A DNA stretch of 64,000 bases. It comes from Candidatus Woesebacteria bacterium RIFCSPLOWO2_01_FULL_39_61. Lineage in GTDB: Bacteria; Patescibacteriota; Microgenomatia; UBA8517. The notes below the pieces were generated by a model. The model was not told where the DNA came from, ran no database searches, and saw nothing but the letters and a program-made list of their open reading frames with translations. The translations under genes were made by a program, and so were the position numbers. This document shows, in pieces, positions 46,505-56,727 of this stretch (positions within the stretch are counted from its first letter, which is position 1; every line of letters begins with the position of its first letter). The stretch lies in assembly GCA_001793155.1 (NCBI GenBank), contig MGHI01000026.1, positions 271 through 64,270 of the forward strand, in the 5' to 3' direction.

Positions 46505-46600
46505 AGGGTGGGTTCTATCCTTGTAGACCATATAATGTCTCAGCGACATTCTTAAGGTATACAAAAAAGATAGAGCCCACCGAATTTTTTTTATTTTTTC
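46505..46600. terminator. Long-stem terminator, possibly bidirectional, after the M23 gene
   Basis: AGGGTGGGTTCTATC…GATAGAGCCCACC stem of about 13 bp, followed by T8ATTTTTT. Its loop contains an ATGTC…GACAT sub-hairpin. Confidence 0.5.
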
Positions 46601-46618
46601 TCCGAAGTCCTCAATTTT

Positions 46619-47077
46619 TTATTTCGTGAAGGTAACCGTTCTTGTTTCGCCCGAAGCTGAGGCTACTAATCTTCCATTTGCGTCTACCATAATGAGATAA
46701 TCCTCGCTAGTCTTTGTTTTCGGATCTGTAGGAATTTCGGCCATATATTCGGGAACTATTGTTTCGCCCGTCTCTCCTGCACTGGCCAGATCAAAACACC
46801 CAAAACTCGATCCAATACAGGTTAATGACGTCGGAAAGTTACTGGTCAGGGGATCTCCGTCCGTATCCGGTAAATCACCGCTATGCTCCGAGGTGTATTG
46901 ATAGATTGCACCCAAAATCGCGAGAATGTCGGTTTCTCTTTGAGTATCTCTGGCTTTGGCCAATTGCCTTCCCGGATTAATAACTACAACAAGGACTGTC
47001 GATAAAATACCTATAATAGCAATAACCAAAAGCAGTTCAAAAAGTGTAAAACCTTCAATAATTTTTGTTTTCATCAC
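46619..47077 (-). CDS. Type IV pilin (major pilin-like)
   Basis: Class III signal MKTKIIEG|FTLFELLLVIAIIGIL with Glu at +5. Confidence 0.8.
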   Translation of the reverse strand: MMKTKIIEGFTLFELLLVIAIIGILSTVLVVVINPGRQLAKARDTQRETDILAILGAIYQYTSEHSGDLPDTDGDPLTSNFPTSLTCIGSSFGCFDLASAGETGETIVPEYMAEIPTDPKTKTSEDYLIMVDANGRLVASASGETRTVTFTK

Positions 47078-47313
47078 TAATTAATAACAAGGGGTGTGCT
47101 TTGTCGGTTAAAAACCCAGCTGTAAGCCTCGTCTAATTTATCCTTATTGATTTTCGATCCGGATTCCAGTGCGCTCTGATCTATCTCGTATGCAGTTATA
47201 TACGACGAAAAAACTGTCCTAAAGGACATAATGACAAGTACCGACATTAAGACCAAAACAAGTGTCAGAACCAAATAAAATTTATCTAGTTTGCCCCAAT
47301 CTATCGACGACAT
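47077..47313 (-). CDS. Small membrane protein in the pilus operon
   Basis: Single TM helix. Confidence 0.3.
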   Translation of the reverse strand: MSSIDWGKLDKFYLVLTLVLVLMSVLVIMSFRTVFSSYITAYEIDQSALESGSKINKDKLDEAYSWVFNRQSTPLVIN

Positions 47314-48112
47314 ACAAAAATACTCCGTATTTAAAGTCTATCACAGACGGATCCTCAGAATCCGTTTTAACTTCGATTACCGCGGATCTATAGAGAAAAG
47401 GAAGTTTTTCAAGATCTTCCAAATCCTGGCCTATCGCTTCCCATGATCCTTTCATCTCGATAACTATTGGCACACCAAAGTTATCTGTCCTGTCCTGAAT
47501 TGCTTTCTGACTGGTAAAGGTTACCTTCACTATACTTCGACCTTTAGCTCTGATTTTTTCCACTTCATTGACAAAGTTAACGACTCCCGATTCGTCCAAA
47601 AATAATCCTTTTAGAGTATCGGCTTTATTCTTGCTCAATTCAATTTCTGAAGTTTCTAAAGTAGCTTGTGGTCCTTCAATCAAACTTTGATTTCTTAAGC
47701 CTTTGAGATCTTGAGCTTTTTGGGGGAACCTGGTCAATATAATAATCAAAAATACTATGGTTATTAAATTTATAACCCCTAAAATTACATCCTTTGAGGT
47801 AAAGGGTAATTTAGATTTTTCTCCACCTTCAAATACCTCTGGGCTTGTTTCTAAATCTTTACCTTTCACCTCAGGCTCTGCATCTTTCTTTCTTTCTTCT
47901 TTTGCTGGGAGTTTATTCTCTTTGTCTACAGGAACGGGGGATTGATTTACAGTAGGTTTAGGTTCTGGCTTCCGTGCCGGTTTAGATTCCTCAACCGTTT
48001 CCGGAGGCAGTTCCTTCATTTCAGTTAAATACTTTCCCACTTCCGGTTTTTTGATTTCCTCACTTGCCGTCGACAATTCTTTATTGATCTCTGAGCTAGG
48101 TTTTTTAATCAT
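47282..48112 (-). CDS. Bitopic membrane protein in the pilus operon (PilO/PilN-like)
   Basis: Lys/Glu/Pro-rich N-terminus, a single TM helix, then a domain of about 140 aa. The position after pilM/N suggests PilO. No motif. Confidence 0.35.
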   Translation of the reverse strand: MIKKPSSEINKELSTASEEIKKPEVGKYLTEMKELPPETVEESKPARKPEPKPTVNQSPVPVDKENKLPAKEERKKDAEPEVKGKDLETSPEVFEGGEKSKLPFTSKDVILGVINLITIVFLIIILTRFPQKAQDLKGLRNQSLIEGPQATLETSEIELSKNKADTLKGLFLDESGVVNFVNEVEKIRAKGRSIVKVTFTSQKAIQDRTDNFGVPIVIEMKGSWEAIGQDLEDLEKLPFLYRSAVIEVKTDSEDPSVIDFKYGVFLYVVDRLGQTR

Positions 48113-48130
48113 TTTAGAAAATAGGCTGGT

Positions 48131-49546
48131 TTATTTCTTTGCCGGTATGTTTTCTGTTATCGGTAAAAAGTCAAAAGATAACTTGAATTCCTGATTTACC
48201 TCTGATTCAAAACTTGAAATGGGAATAATTACGGATCCAACGTTTGGATTAGTTTCTAAGTTATCCTTAAATTGGAGAAGGTCAGCACGAGTTGCCGCAA
48301 CACCACCCAAGTCGATCTTACCTATATCCAAATCTAATTTATAAATGGATATCGTTATCCCAGCAGGCTTGGCGCCGTTAATATCGTTCAGGACTTTTTG
48401 GGGAGGAGTTGTAATTTTTTTAATCTTAAGTATCTTTTCTGCAAATTCATTTATGTATTTAACATCCTTAATTGCTTCCTGCCTTTCGACCATCAAACTA
48501 CCGCCTCTCGTTTTACTATCTTTTAAGTCGCTTACCTGTTGCACCATCAAAAGGTATGCCCCTAATGTAATTAAAAAGGAAATCCAAACAAATAAAGTAA
48601 CTGTCAGAGTTAAACTCCAAATCTGGAGTTTAAGGCGTGCTTTTTTATATTTTTCTACCAATAAATTCGGTAAAAGGTTTATTGTAAAGGGGTCAGACGG
48701 CTCGCTCAAATCCTTAAGTTGCATGGAGATAGGAATCAAATACTCCTGCAACTGAGTGTCTGATAGTCCGCTAATTTTGGGTTTAAGAAAACTTATTTCT
48801 TTATTAATAATTTTTTGAAGCTCCCTTTGAAGCGTTTCGTCTGTCTCTGTTCCACCAATAAAAACTTTATCCGCGTTAAACTCTTTATAGTGAGATATCA
48901 TCTTTACCGCTGTAGCAACAACGGATTTTACATCCTGGTTTCTTAGAACCGAGGTACCGAAAATTTTGTCTCCTTGAGCCAAAATTATAATTGACTCGCC
49001 GTAATTTTTATAGATAATTAGGCAATTTTCTTTGTTGTCGGAGGAAGTTAATCTCGATAAACACAAAGATGGGATTACAACTGCTAGAGGAAAAAGATCT
49101 GCTTTTTCAACTGCTTCTACATAGTCGAATAGTGTTTTTTTATCTATTGCGACGATGAGAATTTCGTACTCTTTATCCTTATTATTCACTATCTTCCAAT
49201 CCATAATCATCTCGGTCAAGGGAGATGGAAGATATTCTTGTGCTTGCCAACGAACGGCCTCATCTAACTCGGATAGCTGAAGTTTCGGAATAGTTAACAT
49301 TTTAGTAAATGTCGAAAATTCAGGAAGTATGATGCCCGCAGTTTTTTCCTTCAAATGAATCTTGGACCATGCACCTTTTAATATATTGGCTAAAGCTAAC
49401 TTATCATCGACCACACCTCCTTTAATCAGTCCTTGAGGGAGGTCCAAAGAAGCATATTTCTGAACCTTTTTCTTCTTGGAGTCAAGCTGAATTACAGAAA
49501 GTTTATTGGAAAGAAAGTAAAGTGATACAAAAGTTTGATTAAACAT
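48131..49546 (-). CDS. pilM: Type IV pilus assembly protein PilM (actin-like ATPase) fused to a PilN-like TM domain
   Basis: The N-terminus follows the PilM pattern (…LPEFST…LTIPKLQLSELDEAVRWQAQEYLP). C-terminal TM helix LQIWSLTLTVTLFVWISF. Confidence 0.6.
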   Translation of the reverse strand: MFNQTFVSLYFLSNKLSVIQLDSKKKKVQKYASLDLPQGLIKGGVVDDKLALANILKGAWSKIHLKEKTAGIILPEFSTFTKMLTIPKLQLSELDEAVRWQAQEYLPSPLTEMIMDWKIVNNKDKEYEILIVAIDKKTLFDYVEAVEKADLFPLAVVIPSLCLSRLTSSDNKENCLIIYKNYGESIIILAQGDKIFGTSVLRNQDVKSVVATAVKMISHYKEFNADKVFIGGTETDETLQRELQKIINKEISFLKPKISGLSDTQLQEYLIPISMQLKDLSEPSDPFTINLLPNLLVEKYKKARLKLQIWSLTLTVTLFVWISFLITLGAYLLMVQQVSDLKDSKTRGGSLMVERQEAIKDVKYINEFAEKILKIKKITTPPQKVLNDINGAKPAGITISIYKLDLDIGKIDLGGVAATRADLLQFKDNLETNPNVGSVIIPISSFESEVNQEFKLSFDFLPITENIPAKK

Positions 49547-49716
49547 GGCAGGAAATTTTAGATTATCAATCCATTATTGCAAATGCATCGCGTGATATCA
49601 ACCAAATTAATATTAGGTGCTACTAAATAATTGCTTTTTCTATTGCATTTGCGAGTGTCCGGTCTTTAGGTTGGGGGGTGAAGCGAATGCAACAAACTTG
49701 TTAAGCCTAAGAGGCG

Positions 49717-49748
49717 AAACTACTCTGGCCTTTAGGCCAGAGTAGTTT
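49717..49748. promoter_or_regulatory. Perfect 14-bp stem hairpin AAACTACTCTGGCC-TTTA-GGCCAGAGTAGTTT, 20 nt upstream of the 49769 start
   Basis: Direct inspection. No U-tract after it. Confidence 0.4.
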
Positions 49749-49768
49749 ATACTTAATATCAACTGATT

Positions 49769-51124
49769 ATGTTTCAGGTCCTGTCCAAAGATAGAAATCT
49801 CAAAAGTGGCCAAGTACTTCTTAGCATCCTTATTTCTATTGCTGTTTTTGCGATTCTTACACGGGCGATTTTTACGCTAGTTGCTTCATCCTTTGATCTA
49901 GTAAACTTTAACCGATCCAGGATTACCGCAAGACATTTAGCCCAAGAGAAAATCGAATTGGCAAGAAATTTACCTTATGACCAAATTGGAACTGTCGGAG
50001 GCATACCGAACGGAATTCTAGCGGAAGAAGAAAATATTCAAAGGAACGGTCTTAATTTTTTAGTCAAAACAAGCATCATCTTTGTAGATGATGATTTTGA
50101 TTTGACAGCCCCAAATGACACGGACCCGGAAGACTACAAAAGGATGAGGGTGGAAGTTTCATGGGAGGGGTTGGCGGCTTCAAGAAAAAATCCGATTGTT
50201 TTAATCACGGATATAACTTCCCAGCAGGCTTCGGGATCAACAACAGGTGGAACTTTGGTAATTCTGGTATTTAATGCTAACGGTCAAGCCGTATCTCAAG
50301 CCGAAGTTACAATTACCGCCCCTTCCTTAACCCCTCCTGTAAATGTGACTCAAACCACAGGGAATGACGGTAAAGTGACACTTCCCGGAGCAGAGCCTTG
50401 TAATAGTTGCTACCAAATTACGGTTACAAAATCAGGGTTTAGTACCGATCGAACTTACTCAACCAGCGAGGTTACAAATCCAATCAAACCCCACGCGAGT
50501 TTATTGGACGGCGAAGTCACCCAAGTTAGTTTTCAGATTGACCTGGTAGGGATAATAAACATTGCCTCGGTCGATAGCCGGGAAAATAATTTTGCAGTAA
50601 AAGGATCGGTCCCCTTCCGCCTGCGAGGAAACAAAATTATCGGAACCAATACATTAGGTCAATACGTTTATAAGCTTGATACTAACTACACTACTGATTC
50701 GGGCGGAAACTTTAATCTTCCCAATGCGGAGTGGGATACATACCAGGTAATCATGCCTACCGCAACATCCTGGGATATATCAGGCACAGAACCCCTGTTG
50801 CCGGTGTCTTTAATTCCGGGTGGAACTATAGATCTTACTTTTGCCGTCGAACCTCATACAAGCCATAGTCTTCTGACAATCATCAGAGAACCTTCTCAAA
50901 GTCTTATTGCTTCGGCATCGGCCAGACTTTACGACGGTGTCGGATTTGACCAGACCCTTGTAAGCGGCGAGTCAGGAAATCCAGATTTCGGTCAGGCTTT
51001 CTTTTCAAATCTTGGGGAAACGACATACCAAATCGAGGCAACCGCCTCAGGATATCTGAATTTTAATGGTAATTTTGACGTTACCGGTTATACGGTGGGG
51101 GAGGTGGTTCTCACCCCCGAATAA
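49769..51124 (+). CDS. Pilus-operon protein with an N-terminal hydrophobic pilin-like anchor and beta-sandwich domains
   Basis: N-terminal KSGQVLLSILISIAVFAIL is a non-canonical prepilin-like segment. The rest is Thr/Gly-rich and beta-rich. Confidence 0.4.
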   Translation: MFQVLSKDRNLKSGQVLLSILISIAVFAILTRAIFTLVASSFDLVNFNRSRITARHLAQEKIELARNLPYDQIGTVGGIPNGILAEEENIQRNGLNFLVKTSIIFVDDDFDLTAPNDTDPEDYKRMRVEVSWEGLAASRKNPIVLITDITSQQASGSTTGGTLVILVFNANGQAVSQAEVTITAPSLTPPVNVTQTTGNDGKVTLPGAEPCNSCYQITVTKSGFSTDRTYSTSEVTNPIKPHASLLDGEVTQVSFQIDLVGIINIASVDSRENNFAVKGSVPFRLRGNKIIGTNTLGQYVYKLDTNYTTDSGGNFNLPNAEWDTYQVIMPTATSWDISGTEPLLPVSLIPGGTIDLTFAVEPHTSHSLLTIIREPSQSLIASASARLYDGVGFDQTLVSGESGNPDFGQAFFSNLGETTYQIEATASGYLNFNGNFDVTGYTVGEVVLTPE

Positions 51125-51126
51125 AC

Positions 51127-51219
51127 TACTGCAGACCAAAGTCTGCAGTATTCTAGAACATTCGTTCTAGACAGTTTGTTCACTGCTTCGCTTCTCCGCC
51201 AGTCGGCGGATCGCGAAGT
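51127..51219. promoter_or_regulatory. Three consecutive perfect hairpins in the 100-nt gap between pilus genes
   Basis: ACTGCAGAC-CAAA-GTCTGCAGT. TCTAGAAC-ATTC-GTTCTAGA. CTTCGC…TCCGCC-AGTC-GGCGGA…GCGAAG. Confidence 0.45.
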
Positions 51220-51229
51220 TTGAATAAAA

Positions 51230-51895
51230 ATGAAAAAAAGTGTAAATTGTAAATTGAAAATAAATAACCAGCTTCGCTGTGAAAATTACGAGCGAAGTGG
51301 GTCAGGTTTTACCTTAATTGAGATACTAGTTTCGGCTGCAATTATGGTCATCCTCGCTGCAGGATTTCTAGGTCTTCAGTATATTTTAAGCAGAAACCAA
51401 GTCACCGCTTGGTCCAATTACTTCGCAATCGAAAGTTCAAATACCGCAATGTCAACACTTATCCGGGAGCTGAGAAACGCCCAACCAAGCGGTAACGGTG
51501 GATACTCATTAGAATCACTTCAGGATTTTGAGATTATCTTTTATTCCGATTACGATTTCGATAGCCACATAGAAAGACTAAGGTATACCTTGACTGGGAG
51601 CCAATTCGTAAAAGGAATTATTGAACCTGTCGGCGATCCTGCAGTTTATGATCCAGCCACCGAGGATGTAAAAGTAATTTCCGATATAATAAGAAACGGA
51701 GCTAATCCGGTTTTTTATTATTACAATTCAGGCTGGCCGCAGGATACGGTTAATAATCCTTTACTACAAATCGACAGAATTGCAGATACCAGGTATGTGA
51801 AATTAATATTAAAGTCAAATCCTAATCCGAATAACTCCGACTTTGATTATGTCTTAGAATCGGATACCAGAGTTCGAATGTTACAAGATAACTAA
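51230..51895 (+). CDS. Pseudopilin / minor pilin with a prepilin-type N-terminal methylation domain
   Basis: GFTLIEILVSAAIMVILAAG class III signal. 221 aa. Confidence 0.75.
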   Translation: MKKSVNCKLKINNQLRCENYERSGSGFTLIEILVSAAIMVILAAGFLGLQYILSRNQVTAWSNYFAIESSNTAMSTLIRELRNAQPSGNGGYSLESLQDFEIIFYSDYDFDSHIERLRYTLTGSQFVKGIIEPVGDPAVYDPATEDVKVISDIIRNGANPVFYYYNSGWPQDTVNNPLLQIDRIADTRYVKLILKSNPNPNNSDFDYVLESDTRVRMLQDN

Positions 51896-51896
51896 A

Positions 51897-53318
51897 ATGA
51901 TTTTAGAAAAACAAAGAGGGACAATAACCCCAGCGCTACTTATTATTGCCAGCGCTTTTATCATTATTATATACGGACTTTTATTTATATTGAGTCTGCA
52001 ATTCGACTATTCCCATAGACAAGTGGCGTCAGACCGCGCGCTCCAAATAGCGGAAGCGGGTATAAATTATTACCGTTGGCATTTAGACTCGGATCCCCTG
52101 GACTTTACAGACGGAACAGGAGGAGCGCCAGGTCCATATGAACACGACTATGTCGATCCTCAGGGATCGTCCATCGGAAAATACTCCTTGGTAATTGATC
52201 CACCTACCGAATCTAACCCTGTTGTTACGATAACATCAACGGGTTGGACAAATCAGTACCCTAAAGTAAAAAGAAAATTACAAATAAAATACGGTCAAAT
52301 CTCATTAACCCGTTTTGCATTTCTTCATAATTCCAACGTCTGGTTCGGCGATGATGTAACTATTAACGGTCCAGTATTTTCCAATGGAGGAATAAGGCAG
52401 GACGGACACAATACATCAACAATCGAAAGCTCTAAAGTAACTTATACCTGCGGAGAAGAAAGCGGTTGCAAACCCGACAAGGATGGTGTCTATCCCACGA
52501 AAGACGGTGTCTGGGGCAATGGGGAGCTGGACGAACTTTGGAGCTGGGGGGTAACCCCAATCGATTTTGACAGCATTAAAGTCGACTTCAATGAAATGAG
52601 GACCGCTTCCCAAGGATCAAGCGGTATCTATCTTGGTCCATCGGCTAATCAGGGGTATCATCTTACCTTTGCAGACGACGGCACTGTCTCCGTCTATGAA
52701 GTCACGGGAGTAAATACGATAAAAGGATATTCTTTGGAATATGGTTGCGAAAATCTCGCCCAGGAGATCACTAACGAAGTTGCAGCGGGAACTTATAGCT
52801 TAGCAGATAAAAATATTATATTTGCGGAGAATAATGTTTGGGTGGAAGGAGTCGTGAAGGGTGAAGTCAGTGTCATTGCAGCAGTATATCCGCTGGGGTC
52901 ATCCAATCCGACAATATGGATAGCCCAAAATATTACTTATCTTGATAAAGACGGAAGTAATAAATTGGGATTAATTTCGGAAAAAGATATTGTCTTCGGA
53001 CGGGATGTCCCCGACTACTTTAAAATAAATGGTGCGCTTTTAGCCCAAAACGGCAGAACGATAAGACACCACTACGGTTATCAAGGTTGTAGATCAGTCG
53101 GTCACGATAAAATTAAAAACGAATTTGAATTTTACGGATCATTAATTAGTAATCAGAGATCATATTGGAATTTCAGCTCAGGTGGCGGAAATCCTGCCTC
53201 AGGGTTTACGAAATCTATTCTTAACTATGATCCCACTCTGTATAGCGATCCTCCTCCTTACTTTCCATCTACCGGCGGATACCAGTTCATCTCCTGGAAT
53301 GAAATTAAAAGTAATTAA
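51897..53318 (+). CDS. PilX-like minor pilin / pilus tip protein
   Basis: N-terminal QRGTITPALLIIASAFIIIIYGLLFIL resembles the PilX N-terminal pattern. Confidence 0.5.
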   Translation: MILEKQRGTITPALLIIASAFIIIIYGLLFILSLQFDYSHRQVASDRALQIAEAGINYYRWHLDSDPLDFTDGTGGAPGPYEHDYVDPQGSSIGKYSLVIDPPTESNPVVTITSTGWTNQYPKVKRKLQIKYGQISLTRFAFLHNSNVWFGDDVTINGPVFSNGGIRQDGHNTSTIESSKVTYTCGEESGCKPDKDGVYPTKDGVWGNGELDELWSWGVTPIDFDSIKVDFNEMRTASQGSSGIYLGPSANQGYHLTFADDGTVSVYEVTGVNTIKGYSLEYGCENLAQEITNEVAAGTYSLADKNIIFAENNVWVEGVVKGEVSVIAAVYPLGSSNPTIWIAQNITYLDKDGSNKLGLISEKDIVFGRDVPDYFKINGALLAQNGRTIRHHYGYQGCRSVGHDKIKNEFEFYGSLISNQRSYWNFSSGGGNPASGFTKSILNYDPTLYSDPPPYFPSTGGYQFISWNEIKSN

Positions 53319-53662
53319 CGAAGACAAACCGTGTTTGAAGAAACAGACGGCAAACCATCTCCCGCTGTTGCTGCACATTTTTCTCTAAAAGGATCATCTT
53401 TTAGAAATTGATCTTGATCCAGTGAGGAATCTTCGAATGATATATCTTCAAAATACTTACCTATATCTTGGTCGCTTGCTTCTTTTGTTCCAACCGAAGC
53501 TTCTGCTTTTTCGGAAACCGTTTCTAATTCTTTTTTTTGGCTAACCAGCCCAAAAATAATAAGCCCGATGGATGCTGCTAAAAGAATCAAAACAATATAA
53601 AAAACCAACGGAAGTTCAATCTTATTACTCTCCTTAAATTTTGCAACTTCCTCCAAATCCAT
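53315..53662 (-). CDS. Hypothetical single-TM protein
   Basis: TM helix, then an acidic tail. Confidence 0.3.
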   Translation of the reverse strand: MDLEEVAKFKESNKIELPLVFYIVLILLAASIGLIIFGLVSQKKELETVSEKAEASVGTKEASDQDIGKYFEDISFEDSSLDQDQFLKDDPFREKCAATAGDGLPSVSSNTVCLR

Positions 53663-54874
53663 TTAGATACTTCCTTCCAATCCTCCTACAATACTATAGA
53701 TTGGAGTGATCAATAAAACCACCATAGCTCCCACCGCAATTCCTATAACAAGCATGAGTAAAGGTTCGAGTAGTGCCGTTGCCCTTTTTAATCCATAATC
53801 CACTTCCATTTCATAAAAAGTGGCGAGCTCTTCCAGGACTACTTCTAAACTGCCGGTTTTTTCACCGGCTTTTAGTGTTTGAATCATCGTTATCGGAAAA
53901 GAACGCTTATGTTTTAAGATTATATCGGAGAGGGCTTGTCCTTTGGCAACACCTTCGCTGAATTCCTTTGCCTGGAGCTTAAGATGGGGTTGCTTTAAAA
54001 CATCAGATGACACATCCAAAGCTACCATTATTGGAACGCCACTTTTCAATAAAGTAGAAAGAGTTCTTGCAAAACGTGCCGTGTCAAGTTGATCCATAAC
54101 TTTGGAAATCACAGGTAGCTTTACAAGGTAAGAAAAAATATAAGTTCGGGTAGAACGAATAAGAAAAAGGGCTATTACAATTAATATAATTCCGAAAAAA
54201 ACTCCTATTGTTAATGCTAAATTTCCGCCCACGGTGTCTCCCACGTTTAAGACAAAGCGTGTAACGGGGGGTAAATCCGCATTAAGAGACAAAAATACAT
54301 CGCTCATTTTTGGAAGAACAAAACCAAGCATGATAAAAGCATTTGCGATCATTGCTGCGATAATAACCATCGGATACATCATTGAACTTTTTACTTTTTG
54401 TGATAGTTCGTAGGTTGCCAAAAGTTGCTTTGCAAGATAGTCAAAAGATTTTTCCAAGGTTCCGGATTCTTCACCGGCTTTAATCATCGTTAAAAATACT
54501 GCATCAAAATCGGTTTTATATTTTGCTATTACGGAAGACAGCGGCTCGCCTTTTTGAATATGAAATGCGGAATCAAATAAAACTTGTTGCAGTTTTTTGC
54601 TTTGGGTCTCCTGACGGATAATATCAAGAGCCTCCGGCATGGGAAGACCTGCCCGAAGCATTGTAGCCATAAATCTGCAAAATGCAGCTTTTTCGGATAC
54701 CCCGATCCCGCCTCCGAACATTGAAGTCGCTTTGGGGTTTAAATTTTTGATTGATAATATCTGGAAGTCCTCGGATTTGAGAAATGTAGCGGCTTCCTTT
54801 TGGTTTGCCGCCTGAATTACATCCTCAATTATCTTTTCCTCTTTATCTTTTGCTTTGTATTTATATAAAGGCAT
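53663..54874 (-). CDS. pilC: Type IV pilus inner-membrane platform protein (GspF/PilC family)
   Basis: Two T2SS-F repeats. 403 aa. Typical topology. Confidence 0.9.
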   Translation of the reverse strand: MPLYKYKAKDKEEKIIEDVIQAANQKEAATFLKSEDFQILSIKNLNPKATSMFGGGIGVSEKAAFCRFMATMLRAGLPMPEALDIIRQETQSKKLQQVLFDSAFHIQKGEPLSSVIAKYKTDFDAVFLTMIKAGEESGTLEKSFDYLAKQLLATYELSQKVKSSMMYPMVIIAAMIANAFIMLGFVLPKMSDVFLSLNADLPPVTRFVLNVGDTVGGNLALTIGVFFGIILIVIALFLIRSTRTYIFSYLVKLPVISKVMDQLDTARFARTLSTLLKSGVPIMVALDVSSDVLKQPHLKLQAKEFSEGVAKGQALSDIILKHKRSFPITMIQTLKAGEKTGSLEVVLEELATFYEMEVDYGLKRATALLEPLLMLVIGIAVGAMVVLLITPIYSIVGGLEGSI

Positions 54875-54938
54875 AATTTATCTCAGTATTTCTTTTAAAA
54901 AAAGAAATACTGACAAAGAAAATAATACAAAAAAAATA

Positions 54939-56627
54939 TTAATTCTCTCTTACTACTCTAATCACCTCTTCAATAGTTGTTAAACCGGATGAGACTTTGT
55001 CAAGTCCGTCCTGAAGCATTGTTATCATTCCTTCGCTGACGGCTTCCTTCTGCAATATTTCGCTTGTTGCTCTTTGGGTTATCAAATTACGCAATTTTTC
55101 GCTAACTTCCATAACCTCGTAAATACCAATTCTTCCCCTGTAACCTTTATGATTACACTCCTCGCATCCCTGACCCTTATAAAATTTTTGTCCTTCAAGA
55201 CTGATTCCGAGATCCTTAGAAAGCTTTTTTACAACAACGTCAGGCGGAGAATATTTCGTAATACAATTACTGCATATTTTGCGAAGTAACCTTTGAGCCA
55301 TGACCACATTTAACGTTGAAGCAAGTAAAAAATCTTCAACTCCCATATCGATAAAACGGGGAATAGCACCGGCAGCAGTGTTTGTATGAAGCGTTGTTAA
55401 AACCAAGTGACCGGTTAATGCGGAATGGATAGCAATCTCGGCGGTTTCCTGGTCACGGATTTCACCTACCATAATTATATCCGGATCATGGCGCATAAGA
55501 GCTCTAAGTCCTGCAGAAAATTCCACTCCGGTTTTAGGATTAACCTGAATTTGTGTAACTCTTGCCATAGCATACTCGATGGGGTCCTCAATCGTACAAA
55601 TTTTCACTTCAATCGTATTTAAGATGTTAAGTACGGAATATAAAGTTGTAGTTTTACCCGAACCAGTCGGACCGGTTACAAGTATCATGCCATGGGGTTT
55701 TGTGATATTTTCCCGAAGTATTTCGAGTCCCCGACCGGTTAGACCCAACTCCTCCAAACTTTGCGGTCTATTGCCTTCCCTGAGAAGCCTCATGACCACA
55801 TTTTCTCCGTAAAAACCGGGAATTATTGAAATTCTCAAAGAGACAATCTGATCCTCCATGCTGAATTTATGACGACCGTCCTGGGGAACCCTGTGTTCGT
55901 CAATTTTCAGATTGGAAAGAATTTTTATCCTAGCAACGAGAGCCGCTTCGACTCCGCGGCTAAGTTTTACGATATCCCGTAAGATGCCATCAATTCTGAA
56001 CCTTACTATAACTTCGTCTTCCTGAGTCTCAATATGAACGTCAGATGCTTTTTCCGATATGGCATAACTTAATATTGAGTCAAGGATTCTGACAATAGGT
56101 ACTTCCTCGGCGGCTTTAGCCAAATCTTCCTCTTTAGTAGCTTTTTTCAGATTTTCGGAAATAATTTTCTGGAAGTCTTCTTTTATTCCCTTCTTATATT
56201 GTCCCAGGGCTCGGATTATACTTTCCTTATCGGAATAATAAGGAATTACTTCAAGACCTGTGTGCCTTTTTGCAAACTCCAGTGCTTCAAAATTCTCAGG
56301 ATCCTCCATCGCCAGCTTGAGCTTGCCTCCGTCCTTTTCAAAAGGAACGATTCTGTAAACCCTCGCCATTTTCTCGGGAATTAGTGAAAGTATTTCCTGA
56401 GGAATATTTATTCGGGCTATATCGGTATAAGAAACACCAAAGTGCTCAGAGGTGAGTTTCGCTATCGTTTCTTCGTTGATTAAACCCCTGAAGATCAGAA
56501 CGTCGGTTATTTCTTTATCCAGTTCTATTGCTGTTTTTGCCGCATCGTCGAAATCTTTTTCCTGGACAAATCCCGATCCTACTATAATTTTTTTCAGGGT
56601 TTCAATAGGCAGTTTCATAGGCGGCAC
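54939..56627 (-). CDS. pilB: Type IV pilus assembly ATPase (GspE/PilB family)
   Basis: N-terminal GspII_E_N domain. Walker A VTGPTGSGKTTTLYS. Asp and His boxes. C-terminal tetracysteine CSNC…CEEC. Confidence 0.9.
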   Translation of the reverse strand: MPPMKLPIETLKKIIVGSGFVQEKDFDDAAKTAIELDKEITDVLIFRGLINEETIAKLTSEHFGVSYTDIARINIPQEILSLIPEKMARVYRIVPFEKDGGKLKLAMEDPENFEALEFAKRHTGLEVIPYYSDKESIIRALGQYKKGIKEDFQKIISENLKKATKEEDLAKAAEEVPIVRILDSILSYAISEKASDVHIETQEDEVIVRFRIDGILRDIVKLSRGVEAALVARIKILSNLKIDEHRVPQDGRHKFSMEDQIVSLRISIIPGFYGENVVMRLLREGNRPQSLEELGLTGRGLEILRENITKPHGMILVTGPTGSGKTTTLYSVLNILNTIEVKICTIEDPIEYAMARVTQIQVNPKTGVEFSAGLRALMRHDPDIIMVGEIRDQETAEIAIHSALTGHLVLTTLHTNTAAGAIPRFIDMGVEDFLLASTLNVVMAQRLLRKICSNCITKYSPPDVVVKKLSKDLGISLEGQKFYKGQGCEECNHKGYRGRIGIYEVMEVSEKLRNLITQRATSEILQKEAVSEGMITMLQDGLDKVSSGLTTIEEVIRVVREN

Positions 56628-56727
56628 TTAGAGTTAGCTAATAGTTTATATTACTAACTTCAACAAATTCATTATATACGAAAGGTGTTGTGTAAAAGAA
56701 GTTACGCTTCAATTAATTACAACTTTC

